From assembly GCA_048013815.1 (NCBI GenBank), contig CM106585.1, forward strand, positions 13,702,001-13,766,000: a DNA stretch of 64,000 bases, written 5' to 3'. The DNA is from Setoptus koraiensis (taxonomy: Eukaryota > Animalia > Arthropoda). A program made the translations under genes and the position numbers. This document shows positions 12,596 to 26,052 of the stretch, in pieces. Positions within the stretch are counted from its first letter, which is position 1; every line of letters starts with the position of its first letter. Under the pieces are notes generated by a model. The model did not search any database. It worked only from the letters and a program-made list of their open reading frames with translations, and was not told the origin of the DNA.

Positions 12596-13489
12596 ATGAC
12601 AAGCTCACAATGGGAGCTTGCCGGCTTGCAGGGCGCTGCCACCGCCAACTACAGTCAGTACGCAAATGCATTGTTGCATGCGGAGGCCCACTTCCGGTAC
12701 GATGTGTCCCGAAATTGGTTCGAGCGCAATTGGCACACATCAATTTATTTGGCAATTGTGTATGTGCTGGCCACGTTCGCTCTCAGGGCCCACATGGCTA
12801 GTAGGGCGCCCATGAATTTGAGATGGGCGCTAATATTGTGGAACGCATCATTGGCGATATTCAGCATAATGGGATCAGTGCGCGTATGGCCCGAGTTTTT
12901 GCACGTGCTGAGCAGCCAGCGTGGCTTATATGAATCTGTTTGTGACAACTCGTACCGGACGAAGGCACCTAGCGGATTATGGGTGCATCTGTTCGCCCTG
13001 AGCAAGCTGGTGGAGTTTGGCGACACATTGTTTGTTGTGTTGCGCAAACAAAAGCTTCACCTGTTGCACTGGTACCATCATTCAACAGTGATAGTGTTCA
13101 CCTGGCTCACCATGGCCTATGTGCCCGCTTTTTCTAGGTGGCACGGCAACATTAATTATATGATTCACACATTAATGTATTCCTATTATACAATGAAAGC
13201 CATGCGAATCAGGCTGCCGGCATTCGTTGCCCAGACCATTACGGCGCTGCAAATTGTGCAAATGCCCCTGGGCATCTTCGCGGTGTTCACGGCCATCTTC
13301 TACCGGGCCACGGCAAGACCTTGCGCCGTGGACGTCATATCGAGCAGCGTGGCCATGGTGACTTACCTGTCATACTTTGTGTTGTTTGTGGACTTTTGGT
13401 CAAACAATTACGCAAGCAAGAGCGCGAATGCGGCCCCAAGCGACAAGCCAACGAGAATTAAAAAGAACTCCGTTGTCGGCAGGCACTGA
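12596..13489 (+). CDS. Very-long-chain fatty acid elongase (ELOVL6-like), 297 aa, intronless
   Basis: Motifs LWNASLAIFSIMG, FALSKLVEFGDTLFVVLRKQKL, HWYHH, NYMIHTLMYSYY, ITALQIVQM. First in-frame ATG at 12596. Confidence 0.93.
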   Translation: MTSSQWELAGLQGAATANYSQYANALLHAEAHFRYDVSRNWFERNWHTSIYLAIVYVLATFALRAHMASRAPMNLRWALILWNASLAIFSIMGSVRVWPEFLHVLSSQRGLYESVCDNSYRTKAPSGLWVHLFALSKLVEFGDTLFVVLRKQKLHLLHWYHHSTVIVFTWLTMAYVPAFSRWHGNINYMIHTLMYSYYTMKAMRIRLPAFVAQTITALQIVQMPLGIFAVFTAIFYRATARPCAVDVISSSVAMVTYLSYFVLFVDFWSNNYASKSANAAPSDKPTRIKKNSVVGRH

Positions 13490-13841
13490 CGGCCGCGGTA
13501 AGCGCGCGCGCGATAACCGCGGACCAAACCAACCAAACAATCAGAGATTCAAAGAACCTTCCGTTTTGCATTGAAACGACAACCATTCAACAGGTGAACA
13601 GACGACGATGAAACTAGAATGAAACGCCCCACAAACACACGCTCGGCATTCGGACAAATACAGTTCGGGTGCAGATAAAATGCAACGGTGCAATAAAAGA
13701 ATTATCTCGAAAAGAATCTCCAGAGTCGCAAGTGGACAAAGTGCACAAACGCTGTCTCGCTCGTGCTGCTACCTTTAATCAGTTTAAATTATGAGCCTTA
13801 AATGTTCGTTTTGACACATTCGAACAACACCGCCGCTCATG

Positions 13842-15247
13842 TCAGATGATGAGCTTGACGAACTCGTCAATGTTTATTTTGCCCTCGTTCAAGGCGTCCG
13901 ACGACGACGACGACGCCGACGACGACGCCGAAGCCGTGCCCAGGTACTTTGTTCCTTTCAGCAGGTCGCGCAATTCCTTGTCGGTGAGCTTCTCGCCTAT
14001 GAGCATGAGGCCCGATTTAATTTCGTCTATCGTTATGTAACCATTTCCGTCTAAATCGAACACTTTGAAGGCGGCACGCAAGTCCGATTCGCAATCTTTC
14101 TCTAGCGACTGTTCGTGATGCAAACTGTCTGCTTGCGCTTGTTTGCTCCTACTTCCGCTTACGTCACCGCTACTGCTGCTGCTACGCGCCGTGTCGTCGC
14201 TATGTTCGGCCGCTTGCTGGTTGGCCTGGTGTGTCTTACTGGAGCGTCCAAACGAATGTCTGCGCGACTTGAGAGAGGCTCGCGACGACGACGGCGAAGC
14301 GCACGTCAGACTGTTGCTGTTTGAGGCGCTAGGCGAGTCGGCGTGCGCCGATCTCGAACTGGCGCCAGAGGCCGCTGGCGTTGCTGTTCTGGCCGACTGG
14401 TGGCTTGTTGTTGAGACATTGTCGACCAGATTGTCGGACAATTGAATGAAGTGCGATATCCAGTCGAGAAACTCCTCTTCGCTTATGCGCGAGTCGCCTG
14501 CAACGGACACGAGTGGCATTGTGCGGTAACAGGAAGTTGCTCATTAGTAAATGCTCATTAGTTAATTCTCATTAGTATATGCTCATTATTAAATGTTCAT
14601 TAGTAACATAGTGCTCATTAGCTAATGCTCATTAGTAACATCAGCAGTAGTAATGGGTGCTTACCGCGCTTCGAGGCAGTGACTATTATGCGCTCGAGGA
14701 GACTGTCTTCCAGGGGTATACCCAAATTGGCTAGCATGTGATTTAATTCTCTGATGTCTATTAGGCCGTCCTGATTGACGTCTATCAACGAAAAGGCGTA
14801 TTGTATTTGCGATTGCGATATCGATCTTGGAATTGTTAGTAATTGTTGGTTGTCGTCCTTGTCCGACAGCATAGACTGGTGTCGCTGTCCGAACAGGGGC
14901 GACAAAACCGTTGGCGCAACCAGCTGATTCTGGTGCCCAGCGTCCACCAATTTGGCTGGCTGTTGTTGTGATTGTTTTTGTTGTGATTGAGACTGAGACT
15001 GAGTGGTTGTGTTGGCCATTGCGGCCGATTGTGCCGACGATGCCATGCTGTGACGTCTTCTGTTGCCCTTACCCGTTCCTTTCTCGCCACCTATCAAAGT
15101 GTCTCGCTGCTGCTGCTGCTGCTGTTGCTCTGTGTCCCTCGATTGTTGGGATTGTGACAGTTGCTGTTGTTGCTGTTGTTGTTGCTGTTGTTGCAGCTGC
15201 TGCTGTTGAGCCTGTTTCAACGCCTTGGACGATCTAGTGGAGAACAT
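13842..15247 (-). CDS. Eip63F-1: Calmodulin-like four-EF-hand protein, Eip63F-1 (E63-1) type, about 412 aa, exons 15247-14665 and 14497-13842; a further 5' exon is possible
   Basis: AFSLIDVNQDGLIDIRELNHMLANLGI..TASKRG|DSRISEEEFLDW and DLRAAFKVFDLDGNGYITIDE..IGEKL. The G|GTAAG donor and CAG|GC acceptor join in frame. Confidence 0.8.
14539..14641. repeat. About 7 copies of a ~14-bp unit (gctcattagtaaat) filling most of the EF-hand gene intron
   Basis: Directly visible. Confidence 0.9.
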
Positions 15248-16413
15248 GTACCTTAGTGGTTCCTGGCATTGGAGCAACGACGAATAATAATAACAATTGA
15301 ATATAAGCACAGATTGACACATTAGTTTAGAGCTGTCGTGTACACACTTTACAGATATTGCCAAGCTTGCCAAGCAATGTTGAAAAGTATAACTAAAGCA
15401 CAACAAACGCCCGGCAATTGCTTAAGTGATCGCTGTCGGGCCTCACAACACTTGACTGAAAATGATGAAATGATCAAATGATGAAACAACGCAAATACGA
15501 AACGATGGAATTAAAATGAAGCACGGCATATGGCAGTTGTTGTTGTTGCGACAACATTACTATTACTACTACTAATTCAAGTTCAACGTTGTTGCATTAT
15601 ACATAAACGTTGCAGACGAACCCTGCGCCACAATTGCATCTCCAATGACATGTCTACATAACTGACTGATGGCAGACACTACAATTATTTAGTAGATAAC
15701 TAATAGATACCGCACATTGTAGCCAGGCCAACGTCAAATAGCTCACTGCAGCCTGTAAGAGAAACGCACAGGTAAATATCATTCATTCATTATGGCTTCT
15801 CATCGTGTTTTTATAGTAGCTAGTCCTATTGGTGGTGCCAATTGTAAACATTAACGTACAACGCTCTCGGCCTGTGTAATAAATCACATTCACATAAAAA
15901 TCGTCGTCTAATGGCATTCGATTATGATTATGATCACTATTGACTGCTATTTACCTAGGATAAACGCTGCACAACATCCATTACTATACTATAACACGGG
16001 CATTTACTTCTGGTCTAACAATAGGAATCATTGAACTAACTGACAATGGTTAGCTCTCCTCTCAATGCATATAAACACAAACAAATACACAACAAATTAG
16101 TAGCGCTATGCGCCTCACAACCTTGTCAGTTAACCTGTTGTGTTCACCTGTTGCCGTGCCCGCATGGCCGGTCAACAACCAATTATAAAGCGCTTGTCAT
16201 TGATTTGATGTTGCGCAATCATGAACTACCGTGGCCAACTTTGCACTGCGAAGATCATTCATCGGCCAGAAACAAACAGCGACAGACATTGCGAACCGCA
16301 TACTGTTCCTCTCACAATTAATTACTAATTAATCCTGTTGGCAAGCTGCGTGTCGCAATCATCATCATATAATGACACATTGTGTGATGATGATACAAAT
16401 TGCCACTTTTCAA

Positions 16414-16438
16414 GCTCTCTCTCTCTCTCTCTCTCTCT
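16414..16438. repeat. (CT)n microsatellite
   Basis: Directly visible. Confidence 0.9.
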
Positions 16439-18293
16439 GCTGTTGGCGACACCAAAACTACTTTGTACTCTGGGATTGTTGCATGAGCGTCGCTACTAAT
16501 GTCATTGCATTCGTGAGACAGCGTTCCATTCAGTTATAATGCGGGCCGATGGTATTGCGGTAACACGGACAACAAGTCGGTAGAGCCAATACAGTTTTTG
16601 AATTATTGCCATGATCAACTGGCCTCAACAAATGGCCTCAACAAATGATCCGCACAATGAAATGCGTGCTGTATGCATCTCGACAAGACACGGTCGACAC
16701 ATATTGGATCATGCCGGTGACCGGTCGAGAAGCAGGCCGGCGGCCGGAGAATCTCAACTGAGTTGGCATCGATAACAGAATTGTCCCGTCACCAGTCCGT
16801 TATTTGTCGCTCGATGATACTCAACTGCGATCTAAACGACGGAAGCTGATAGAAGTCGATGCAAGCTTCGCTATTAGTGATTGCATTTGATAGCGCTACT
16901 GCTAGTTAATTAGTTGAGTTCTCTAAATTGAGTGTCGCTCGACATGTAGCTAGAAGCAAGAATAAATTTACCGATGCGAACGCGTGAAGGGTCAGCTAAC
17001 TCGTGCCGCTACAACAAAATTCTTCATGCAACATACTCATATAAGCAAGTCTATTGTTGGTGGCTGATTTGACGATGAAAGCAATTATTTGTTATCATTC
17101 AGTATCATACGGTGCAGAAACCGAGCAGTAAAATTAATTACCATAAATAGTTTTGCTATTGCGTGTGTACAAATAATAATTGACACTTGTTGATTAATAT
17201 AATAATAACAATGCCGTTGTGAGCGCTTGTTAGCTGCCGGTGATAATTACCAGTAGTTTGGCTAGATTTATCTTCACCACACCAAACAACATAACAGCAA
17301 CGAATGCAACGATTTGCAGCAGTCTATATGCGGCAATTGTTCCTGAGAAGGTGTCAACCTGCTGCAATTTTTATCTTAACTTTCAATATCTTGCCAGTAT
17401 TCCTCTCTATGAATAAAGTGAATAATAATTGCCCACGATAATAATTATGGCAATGGTAGGCTCTGTGTCCATTTAGCGCGAAACGTTGTTGTGTTGGTAG
17501 TGACAGGATACAAATAAATTAGAAGATAAATTTACTCATAGATTAATTATTGTCTAATCATTGTCCAAGCAGTACTTGAACACACATTGCGCTAAATCAA
17601 AACTTTACTTCGCAAAGTAAGCAAATTTTATATGTACCTGTAGTCTCAAACTAGACAGCAACTGTCATTTAAATCGCTCCGAAATATTGACTAAATAATT
17701 GAATGATTTAATAATGTTTTAACGCTAACAACTAACTCAAACGACGCTTGCTGATAAAATAAACACAATCCTCATTACTTAAGAGTCATTAGGAATGAGA
17801 GCTGTACGAGCCCGTTCCGCTAGAGGCGCAAGCAGCCTACTGACAATGCACAATCTAATCTAGATTGTGACGACAAATGTTTCTTGGGATTGATTACAAT
17901 GCAAAAGTGCTTTTTTCGAGCGATCTCGCCTTTACTGCATGATAGCGGCTCACACACTGGCACCACGTGAAAAAATCTCAAAGCGTCGCCCTGTCGGACT
18001 TTTTTCGCACAAGGCCCAACGTCATGTAGGCACATGTAGGCATTTTTTCATTTGTCAAGTGACGATGATGTTTGCCGAGTATCTAGGTGACATTTAAATC
18101 AACAACTTTTTTTTTCACTCGAAAAAGTGCACGAGGGCTCCGTATCGGGTCTACAGGTATAGCAATGATGTATCATGCAAAACACTACTAACCTACGAAA
18201 ACTATTGGACAGACTATAAGCGGAATAGGTGGCAAGACTCTGCTTTCAAGTATTTGATTGTCTATGTAGCGATGCAAATAAACATTCTACCAA

Positions 18294-18725
18294 ACCGAAT
18301 CTTGTACATGTCGATCGCGTTGATTTAGTGTTCAGATGTGCTCACCTCATATCTAGTAATTAGTCTAATTATGACTGACCTGCTGGCTTTTACTCTAATT
18401 TGATGCGATTCTTCTTTTGCTGTCACTGTGTCATTTGGACGATTTCTAGAGATTTTATCTATTAGATCCTCTTCGTTAGGCTATTGCACGATAATAACGA
18501 TAACAAATTACATAAGATGATTAATAGCATATCTTATTTGTTTGATACTGGCTGCCCTCTGTGCAATTACAGCCAACTATGAACTATACACAATTGCCAC
18601 TCATCATTAGTTATATGATATATGTGTATCAGCTCGATTGGATGTTGTATTTTCGTCTATTTGTTTACTACTTTGGTCGTGGTTAGATGCACAATAGAAT
18701 TCTATCATTGTTATGCTCTTCCATT
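18294..18725. repeat. Dispersed ~430-bp repeat, copy 2 (copy 1 at 717-1150)
   Basis: Direct-orientation match. Confidence 0.9.
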
Positions 18726-19574
18726 TGTGTGTCTCTAGTCTGATTAAATCATCGCACTATTCATAATAATAATCAAAGAGTTTGAAACTAGATTGAACTA
18801 GACCGACGGACGCATAACCTTGACTACTTGCATCTTGACTAGTCAGTATAGCACACAATAGTAGAAGCTTAGTAAATTTGTATTTTGAATTGTACTTTTA
18901 GTTGTTTGTTGGTTGGTGATATATATTATATATATATATATGTTTGTTTGTGTGCGAATAGTGTATAATGACAGCAAACAAAAAAGCTAACACACTTCGT
19001 CACGTCCATGATGGTTAATGGGGCTACAAAGAAGAAATGGAAAATTTCTTAGCAAGTTCTATCTAGTCGGGCCACTATAAGACTAGCTGTGAATTGTGCT
19101 AGATGACATGTGTAGAGTAAACAGCGATCTTACTTGACATTGTTGCCAAGATCACCGCATAGTTGGCTGAGTTCGTTTGAAAAGAACACAATTAGACGAT
19201 GTAGTATAGGGACTTCAGACAACAAGCTAGGAGAAGCATAGACTGTGCGATCGCTTGGGCTCCAGCAGTTTGTTTGTGTGACGTTGGAATGTCTAAAGTC
19301 TCTGTTCGCCTTTCTCACTCACTAACTAACTCAATCCATCATAATAGTAATGGGGATAATTCAGTTCGTCATCACCATCAGCTTAAATTATTATTTCCAC
19401 TGTAAGGTACACATATGTTTTCAGACAATGCTCGCGGATACCATCATCATAAGATAAAAGACAATGATGACGGAGTAAAAAAAAATCAAGCAAGACGGGC
19501 CATCCGATTAATGGATATTTATTTTATGTGAGATAGTCTGAAACCAGCGTCGCCACAATTAAATATAATTCAAT

Positions 19575-20238
<664 letters not shown>

Positions 20239-20835
20239 GGTGAGTTTTGTTGTGTGACAAATATCCTGGTTGAGTTTTAATTAAATTTTCCAACAGATCT
20301 ACTGTTATGTGTTAAGGGATCCAAATAAATATTGGGACAAGTCCGGTTAAATTAACAAATGTACTGGTGGATACAAATCAGACCGCATGAATAATTCCAA
20401 ATACCGACGAAACAGCATGAGGAACACCGAACTCACGCACACACGGCAGCCCGTAAACTTGTAAAGCAACAACTTACGCATGCGCGTTAGGCAAAATCCG
20501 GAAATCGTTAGTAAAGGCGCTTTAATCAAACTAAAAAAATTACAAAATATACACAAAATATTTATGTTTTATTATGGCATAGTTAACCTTTTTATACAAT
20601 TGGTAATTATGAACATTTGTTCCTAACATGAATACTAAGCTAGAGATTTTAAGTTTCTTTTATACTATTGTCATGAAGCTTGCAATACTGAAATCCTCTA
20701 GCAATTGACTCGATTGGATTAACTCACTCTCAATGAGTTGTAATTGTTATCATGTCTGATAGCATGCAACACACAACGTCAAGATTATTATTGATATCAG
20801 TTCGAGGAATGACAGTATCAAATGAACAGTGTGGA

Positions 20836-22599
20836 TCAAGATTCGTCCCATTCGTCATCATCATCTTCGTCACTAGTTGACAAATCACTATCGTCGGTTT
20901 GCTGAAGTGCCTTGCTTCTTTCCTGTAGAGCCTTGGCCAGTGCGCCAGCCAATCCTCCGGAAGGTGCGACACTAGTTTCACTACACATTTTTGTAACTCC
21001 TCGGTCTACATGATTCAGCTTGACACCTCGCCGTATTTGGTTCAAAAGAGCGTCCCGAACATCTTCCGTTTGATTGCTTTGAACTTCCTTGATCTTTGAC
21101 TCAGACTTAGATCTTAAATCTACAGGATTCAATTGTTTCCCTTTTATCACCTCGCTCATGAGAGCCGCATGTGGATTTATCCGCGGAGGTCCTGAATTGT
21201 TCGCTTGTTGCACGGATGGCATGGGAGGCATAGAAGGTGGCGGTGGGGGTGGCGGCGGTGGCGGCTGCATGGGTGGTATAGGTGGTGCTGGGGCCGGCGG
21301 CGGTGGAGCCGCATGGGTTATCCCATTTGATTGAGGAGGAGGAGGAGGTGGTGGTGGTGGTGGTGGAGGTGGCGGCGGAGCCGCCTGGGCTGTCCCATTT
21401 GATTGAGGAGGTGGAGGAGGTGGGGGAGGAGGAGGATTACATGATTGCTGGCTATTGTCATTGTTGAATTGACGGACCTGATTAGAGGGCTGGGGAATAC
21501 TGTTAGTCTTCTGCGAGTAGTAACCTGAGTTCTGTGGTATACCATTGGGGGTACGAATTGTATTTTCGGTGTTATTGGCAGATTTGTGTGAACTGGGAAA
21601 TGAACCTACAGCCGGCATAGGTGGCCTAGGAGGAGGAGGGGGTAGTGGTGCGTGAGCTGGTGGCGCTTGGCCGATCTTTTTTAGATCCTTCTCTATATTA
21701 GGGTTCACATTTTCACAGTCAAATCCAGTTTTTGGGCACCATCCGACGTGTTGCACATGCTGAAAGTTAGTTGGAAGACTGATATCTTTCTTGCTAAGTT
21801 TCTTCTTTTCACTTTTGCTTACATTGGCCAACGAGGCCAAAAGTTTATGATTATAACCAATGGCCGATTGTGATTTTGGCATTGATGACACAGATATAAT
21901 GGCAGATGCTCCACTTTGAGTGGGTTGCAATTTTGCTGAGTTAGTGTGTGGTAAAGGGCCATGGTGATTGTTATGGCTATTAGTAGATTGATGACTTTGT
22001 GTTAACTGGCTACTATCGTTGGCCTGATGTCTAGTCTTGTTGTAGTTAATATCTTTTTTGGCGGCGGAACCAGGATTGTTGTTGACAAGATTGGCTATAT
22101 TGTTATTGTCTGGAGCTTGTTTCAATCTATTGTTCAGTCTCTTGTCTCTTTCCCTCAATTTACCTTGTACAGTTTCCTTGAAGTTTTGAGCCTCCTCTTC
22201 ACTGGCAAAATTCAATCCAGCCATACCAGTGTCAGCTTCAAATGTGTGAAAGGTTGGCCTAGGTGTTCGATAGTCGAATTTATTATAAATCTCTTGTTGC
22301 CAATCGAGACACTCTCTATCACAGTCAAATACCGTTATGAAGTATGATCTTTTCGTATGGTCCTTGACGAAACATGCAACACCAGTAGTTTTAATAGTCC
22401 ATTCGTCTTGAGAATGAGCCTCAGTGATAAATAGCTGTACAACTGCTGTAGCCAACGTATAACGCGCCTTGCCCAGGAGGCGAATAACTAGAGTATTTTG
22501 ATGTTCATCGAGCAAGATTGAGGGCTGATGCGTGTCTTTTTCTTTACTCGTCCTCATCTTGGCCCCTTTGACGTTGTTTGATAGATTAGAAGTAGCCAT
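20836..22599 (-). CDS. WASp: WASp/N-WASP actin nucleation-promoting factor, 587 aa, intronless
   Basis: WH1 domain, basic region, CRIB ISLPTNFQHVQHVGW, polyproline, two WH2 repeats, central helix and acidic DDDDEWDES tail. Confidence 0.96.
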   Translation of the reverse strand: MATSNLSNNVKGAKMRTSKEKDTHQPSILLDEHQNTLVIRLLGKARYTLATAVVQLFITEAHSQDEWTIKTTGVACFVKDHTKRSYFITVFDCDRECLDWQQEIYNKFDYRTPRPTFHTFEADTGMAGLNFASEEEAQNFKETVQGKLRERDKRLNNRLKQAPDNNNIANLVNNNPGSAAKKDINYNKTRHQANDSSQLTQSHQSTNSHNNHHGPLPHTNSAKLQPTQSGASAIISVSSMPKSQSAIGYNHKLLASLANVSKSEKKKLSKKDISLPTNFQHVQHVGWCPKTGFDCENVNPNIEKDLKKIGQAPPAHAPLPPPPPRPPMPAVGSFPSSHKSANNTENTIRTPNGIPQNSGYYSQKTNSIPQPSNQVRQFNNDNSQQSCNPPPPPPPPPPQSNGTAQAAPPPPPPPPPPPPPPPQSNGITHAAPPPPAPAPPIPPMQPPPPPPPPPPSMPPMPSVQQANNSGPPRINPHAALMSEVIKGKQLNPVDLRSKSESKIKEVQSNQTEDVRDALLNQIRRGVKLNHVDRGVTKMCSETSVAPSGGLAGALAKALQERSKALQQTDDSDLSTSDEDDDDEWDES

Positions 22600-23478
22600 C
22601 CAGTTCCACTATGATAATACTATATAATATTAAATGATAATAAAAATCATCGGCGGTCATCTAATTTGATGAGCTTATTAGGTGATGCTGGCAAGGTGAA
22701 AAAGCCACCACATAGCACACAAAAATTTAGTGAAAATATGTGTGTGTGTAAACAAGGATATAAACTATACAGTATTAGATCGATTAAGCTCAAATGATGC
22801 TGATGATATGATTTTGCTCCCTCTCTCTATCTCTCTTTTTCCACAAATGTTAAATCATTGATGAACAGTAATCTTGACAATATTAGGGCGTAGTGGCAAT
22901 GGGCGCTACAATGCTCACGTAGTGCACTGTATCAAGAAAACAACCAAAACAGCACAGTTGTGTTTAATTGGCAAGTGTTGAAACGGTACATTCATAATTT
23001 AGTTTTTATACTGATCGCTTGGGGGCCATTCACTGGCTGCAACAGAACCTTTGCATGGCAAAGAGCTCAGTGTGCGTCGCACAGGGGGCCACTTATGTGC
23101 GAGCGTGCGCTCTTTTCAACACTGATGAGCTCAGTGCGTTGAAAATGCGCCAGGGCGGCGCCACTTTGCTTTCTGTGTCAAGCGAGCAGTGTGCGCTGTC
23201 GAGTGTTAGTTATGCTAAGGACTACGAACTCTGGGGTGCGGCATCCACAAGAAAGATAATCAAAAGGAGGAAAGCACTCGATGGAACACTCCTGGCTCCG
23301 CTGTGCGTTTGGGTGCGCCACCAGCGCCTCTGCATGATCTTTTTCGCACCTAGCATGCTAGTAATAGAAATTGCGCATTCGATATTTAGACAACAAACCG
23401 AAACTACGCTGCACTGAAATGTTCCGCTCACACACACACACTCAGATGGTCTTGTTTAGGCATTCATGTCTCGATGTA

Positions 23479-23681
23479 TGCCCAAAAGGGCGCGTCGGGC
23501 GATCGAGACGAAGTCAAGAACGGGCAAAAAAACGACCAGTTAGTCGTGAATCGTTGCGATTTTTGAGTGTTGGCGACAACGGCCCATCCGGTCAATATCT
23601 ACTGATTGTTCCTGCTGTGTCTCGACCGTTTTCACATGTATTTCTGAAACGTCTTCATCGCCCGACATGCCCGTTTGGGCA
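23479..23681. mobile_element. Possible degenerate ~200-bp MITE
   Basis: 32-bp inverted repeats (27/32 match) at 23479-23510 and 23650-23681; TA on the left side only. Confidence 0.4.
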
Positions 23682-24494
23682 AAAAATGTCAGTCCAATCA
23701 ATGCCTTTTCACGTCGTCATGACTCATGAGGGTAAATATTATCGCCGCCACACACTGGTCATATTGCAGCTTGCCGGCACACCCACAGGTGACTAGATCA
23801 AGTCATGTGCCAGACTAGAGCAACCAAATTGGGCAGAAACTAGTTTTCATGGCCTGTTGTCCAAAGTTAAATTGATTATTTCTTTGTCCAACTATACGGA
23901 GGCTACTAACCAAACAAATCAACATGGCTTGACATGTTGTCAGTGATGTGTAGATCAATCATTCAATACCTGTGTGTGAAACGACGGCATCAATGTTGAG
24001 GTTGGCTGGCGTGAAACACTTCACCGCCAATATACACGCGCAACTATAATGTTCTACCTGTGACTTCAGCTAATGTTTGCGTCATTGTTGTTGCGAATGG
24101 TATGGAGATGCCCGCCGACAACAAGTGGACCCTAAATATGAATTGAAAAAAATGTGAATTCCGCAAGCATTTTACATTTGGCTAGACAGTCACTGAATGA
24201 GTGAGTACATTCGCTTTGTATGGGCAAGCACAGAAGGTGATCTATATAAAATGAGCGCCAATGAAGCCTTGCTCTCGCGACCAGATGTTGCTCCATGTGC
24301 GTGCGCTTCAATAATATAAATCAAGTTCTGTGCCCAATTTAATTATGTGCCGATGTTGTAGTGGAGTAAGATATTTCTGGGACCATGCAGTTTTTGCTTT
24401 TTCGCTCTCATGCTGCTTTGCTTTTGTATTAAATTGCTAACTAATTTATATATTTTAACAGTATTGACATATAATTATCATATACACACCAGCT

Positions 24495-25823
24495 ATGGGA
24501 ATCATACTATCTAGATTTCAGAAGAAACCCACAACCCGTGACATCTTACAGAAGATACAAGAAGAGATACAGGAGATTGAAGATCATAGATGGAGCACAA
24601 TTAGAAAGGAGAAAAACTATGCCAGCCTTTTGTTCTTTATATCGTTGTCATTATTAGTTTTATTTATTGGTATATTCTTATATTATCTACCCCTCGCCTA
24701 CGGATGGAGGGATAAAATACTTCTATCTGTGCCCATGTTTATCCTAGCTGTATTTGTGTGGTTGCTGAAAAAAACACTCCAATGGTTTTGTAGGTGGTCC
24801 TTGGATTCTAAAGAGGCTAGATTGCGAGAGCTACAAAAAGAGAAAGGACGTATATTAGATAGAGTACAAGAAACAGAGACTTTCAATGTTGCTACAGAGT
24901 TACTAGAAAAGTATGATCCTAAACGATTGGCGGGCACCAAGGGCCCAACGAAAAGAAATCAGGCCAGACCTTCTCTGGATGTGTCCCTTTTGAATCAGAC
25001 AGTTCCAGCTAACAGTTCATTTTACAGTCAGTCGGTACCAAAACAACTCATTCAACAGCAAACCCCCCAAAAGACCCAGGTCTATCAACAACAAACTCCT
25101 GATAGGTCACAGATTTATCAGCAAACTCCAGTTAAGCCTCCGGCGTATCAGCAAACTCCTGAAAAGCCACAGACTCATCAACAGCCATCTGAGAATACAC
25201 AAATTTATCAACAAACACCATTAAAACCACCACCAGTTTATCCGATGACTCCGTTGCCACCACAGAGAAACATCAATACATCCGTAATTGCCACGTCTGG
25301 TGTTCGTGGTAGACCAGTGAGACCTGTTCTTAGCAAAGAGAGAACTTTCATGGAGAAAGTCGTCGATTGGGTTGTGGCTGATGGACCTACCAACAGGTTT
25401 GCATTGATATGTAAATACTGTTACGGACATAATGGAATGGCGCTGCAAGAAGAATTCGAGACTCTGAATTTCAGATGTTGTTACTGTTTTAACCTAAATA
25501 CTACTCACAAACAACGCCAAGTACACGATCAGCTACAAAAACACCAGGAAGACGCGGATTCCAAGAGCAAGGAACAGGCAAAAGTTGAGGACGATCTTCC
25601 ACAGTCATCAAAACAGTTAGCGCAGGATGTTCTCACAGAACAGCCCGATCTCGAGTGTTCCGATCAAAATGAATTGGAAAAAGACGATATTGACACTAAA
25701 AACAATAAAGATGATACAGAAGAAACAGAGAAAACAGAGGAAACAGAGGAAATAAAGGAAACGGAGGACAAGGCACCTGAAGAAAGCCCAGAAAAAGATT
25801 TAGAGCCTGATAAAAAGCTATAG
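24495..25823 (+). CDS. LNPK: ER junction formation protein lunapark, 442 aa, intronless
   Basis: MGIILSRF myristoylation start, coiled coil, two TMs, TYNVA-like ETFNVATELLEKYD, and zinc finger RFALICKYCYGHNGMA..FRCCYC. Confidence 0.95.
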   Translation: MGIILSRFQKKPTTRDILQKIQEEIQEIEDHRWSTIRKEKNYASLLFFISLSLLVLFIGIFLYYLPLAYGWRDKILLSVPMFILAVFVWLLKKTLQWFCRWSLDSKEARLRELQKEKGRILDRVQETETFNVATELLEKYDPKRLAGTKGPTKRNQARPSLDVSLLNQTVPANSSFYSQSVPKQLIQQQTPQKTQVYQQQTPDRSQIYQQTPVKPPAYQQTPEKPQTHQQPSENTQIYQQTPLKPPPVYPMTPLPPQRNINTSVIATSGVRGRPVRPVLSKERTFMEKVVDWVVADGPTNRFALICKYCYGHNGMALQEEFETLNFRCCYCFNLNTTHKQRQVHDQLQKHQEDADSKSKEQAKVEDDLPQSSKQLAQDVLTEQPDLECSDQNELEKDDIDTKNNKDDTEETEKTEETEEIKETEDKAPEESPEKDLEPDKKL

Positions 25824-26052
25824 TAAATTTTGAAATATTTAGATAACGATTGAAACTGTTGTGTGACAATATATATAATTTTTTTCTTTGCTGCTGCTGC
25901 TGCTACTTACGCTGGCAGGAGTACAAGACAGACAAGGTGCATGTCTTGCAGGCCTCAACGAGAATATTCTCTCAAACTATTTGCCAGCTGACTTGTCTGG
26001 CGAGCAGAGTTTCAATCGCGTACAGCTTGACTCATCATAAGACTCGTCACGT

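Noticed and set aside
23122-23144. CTGATGA...GAAA hammerhead-like core
   Set aside because: Stem II cannot pair; the sequence is better explained as a simple hairpin.
23789-23801. TGACTAGATC resembling the miR-279 5' end
   Set aside because: Only 10 nt match and no precursor stem.
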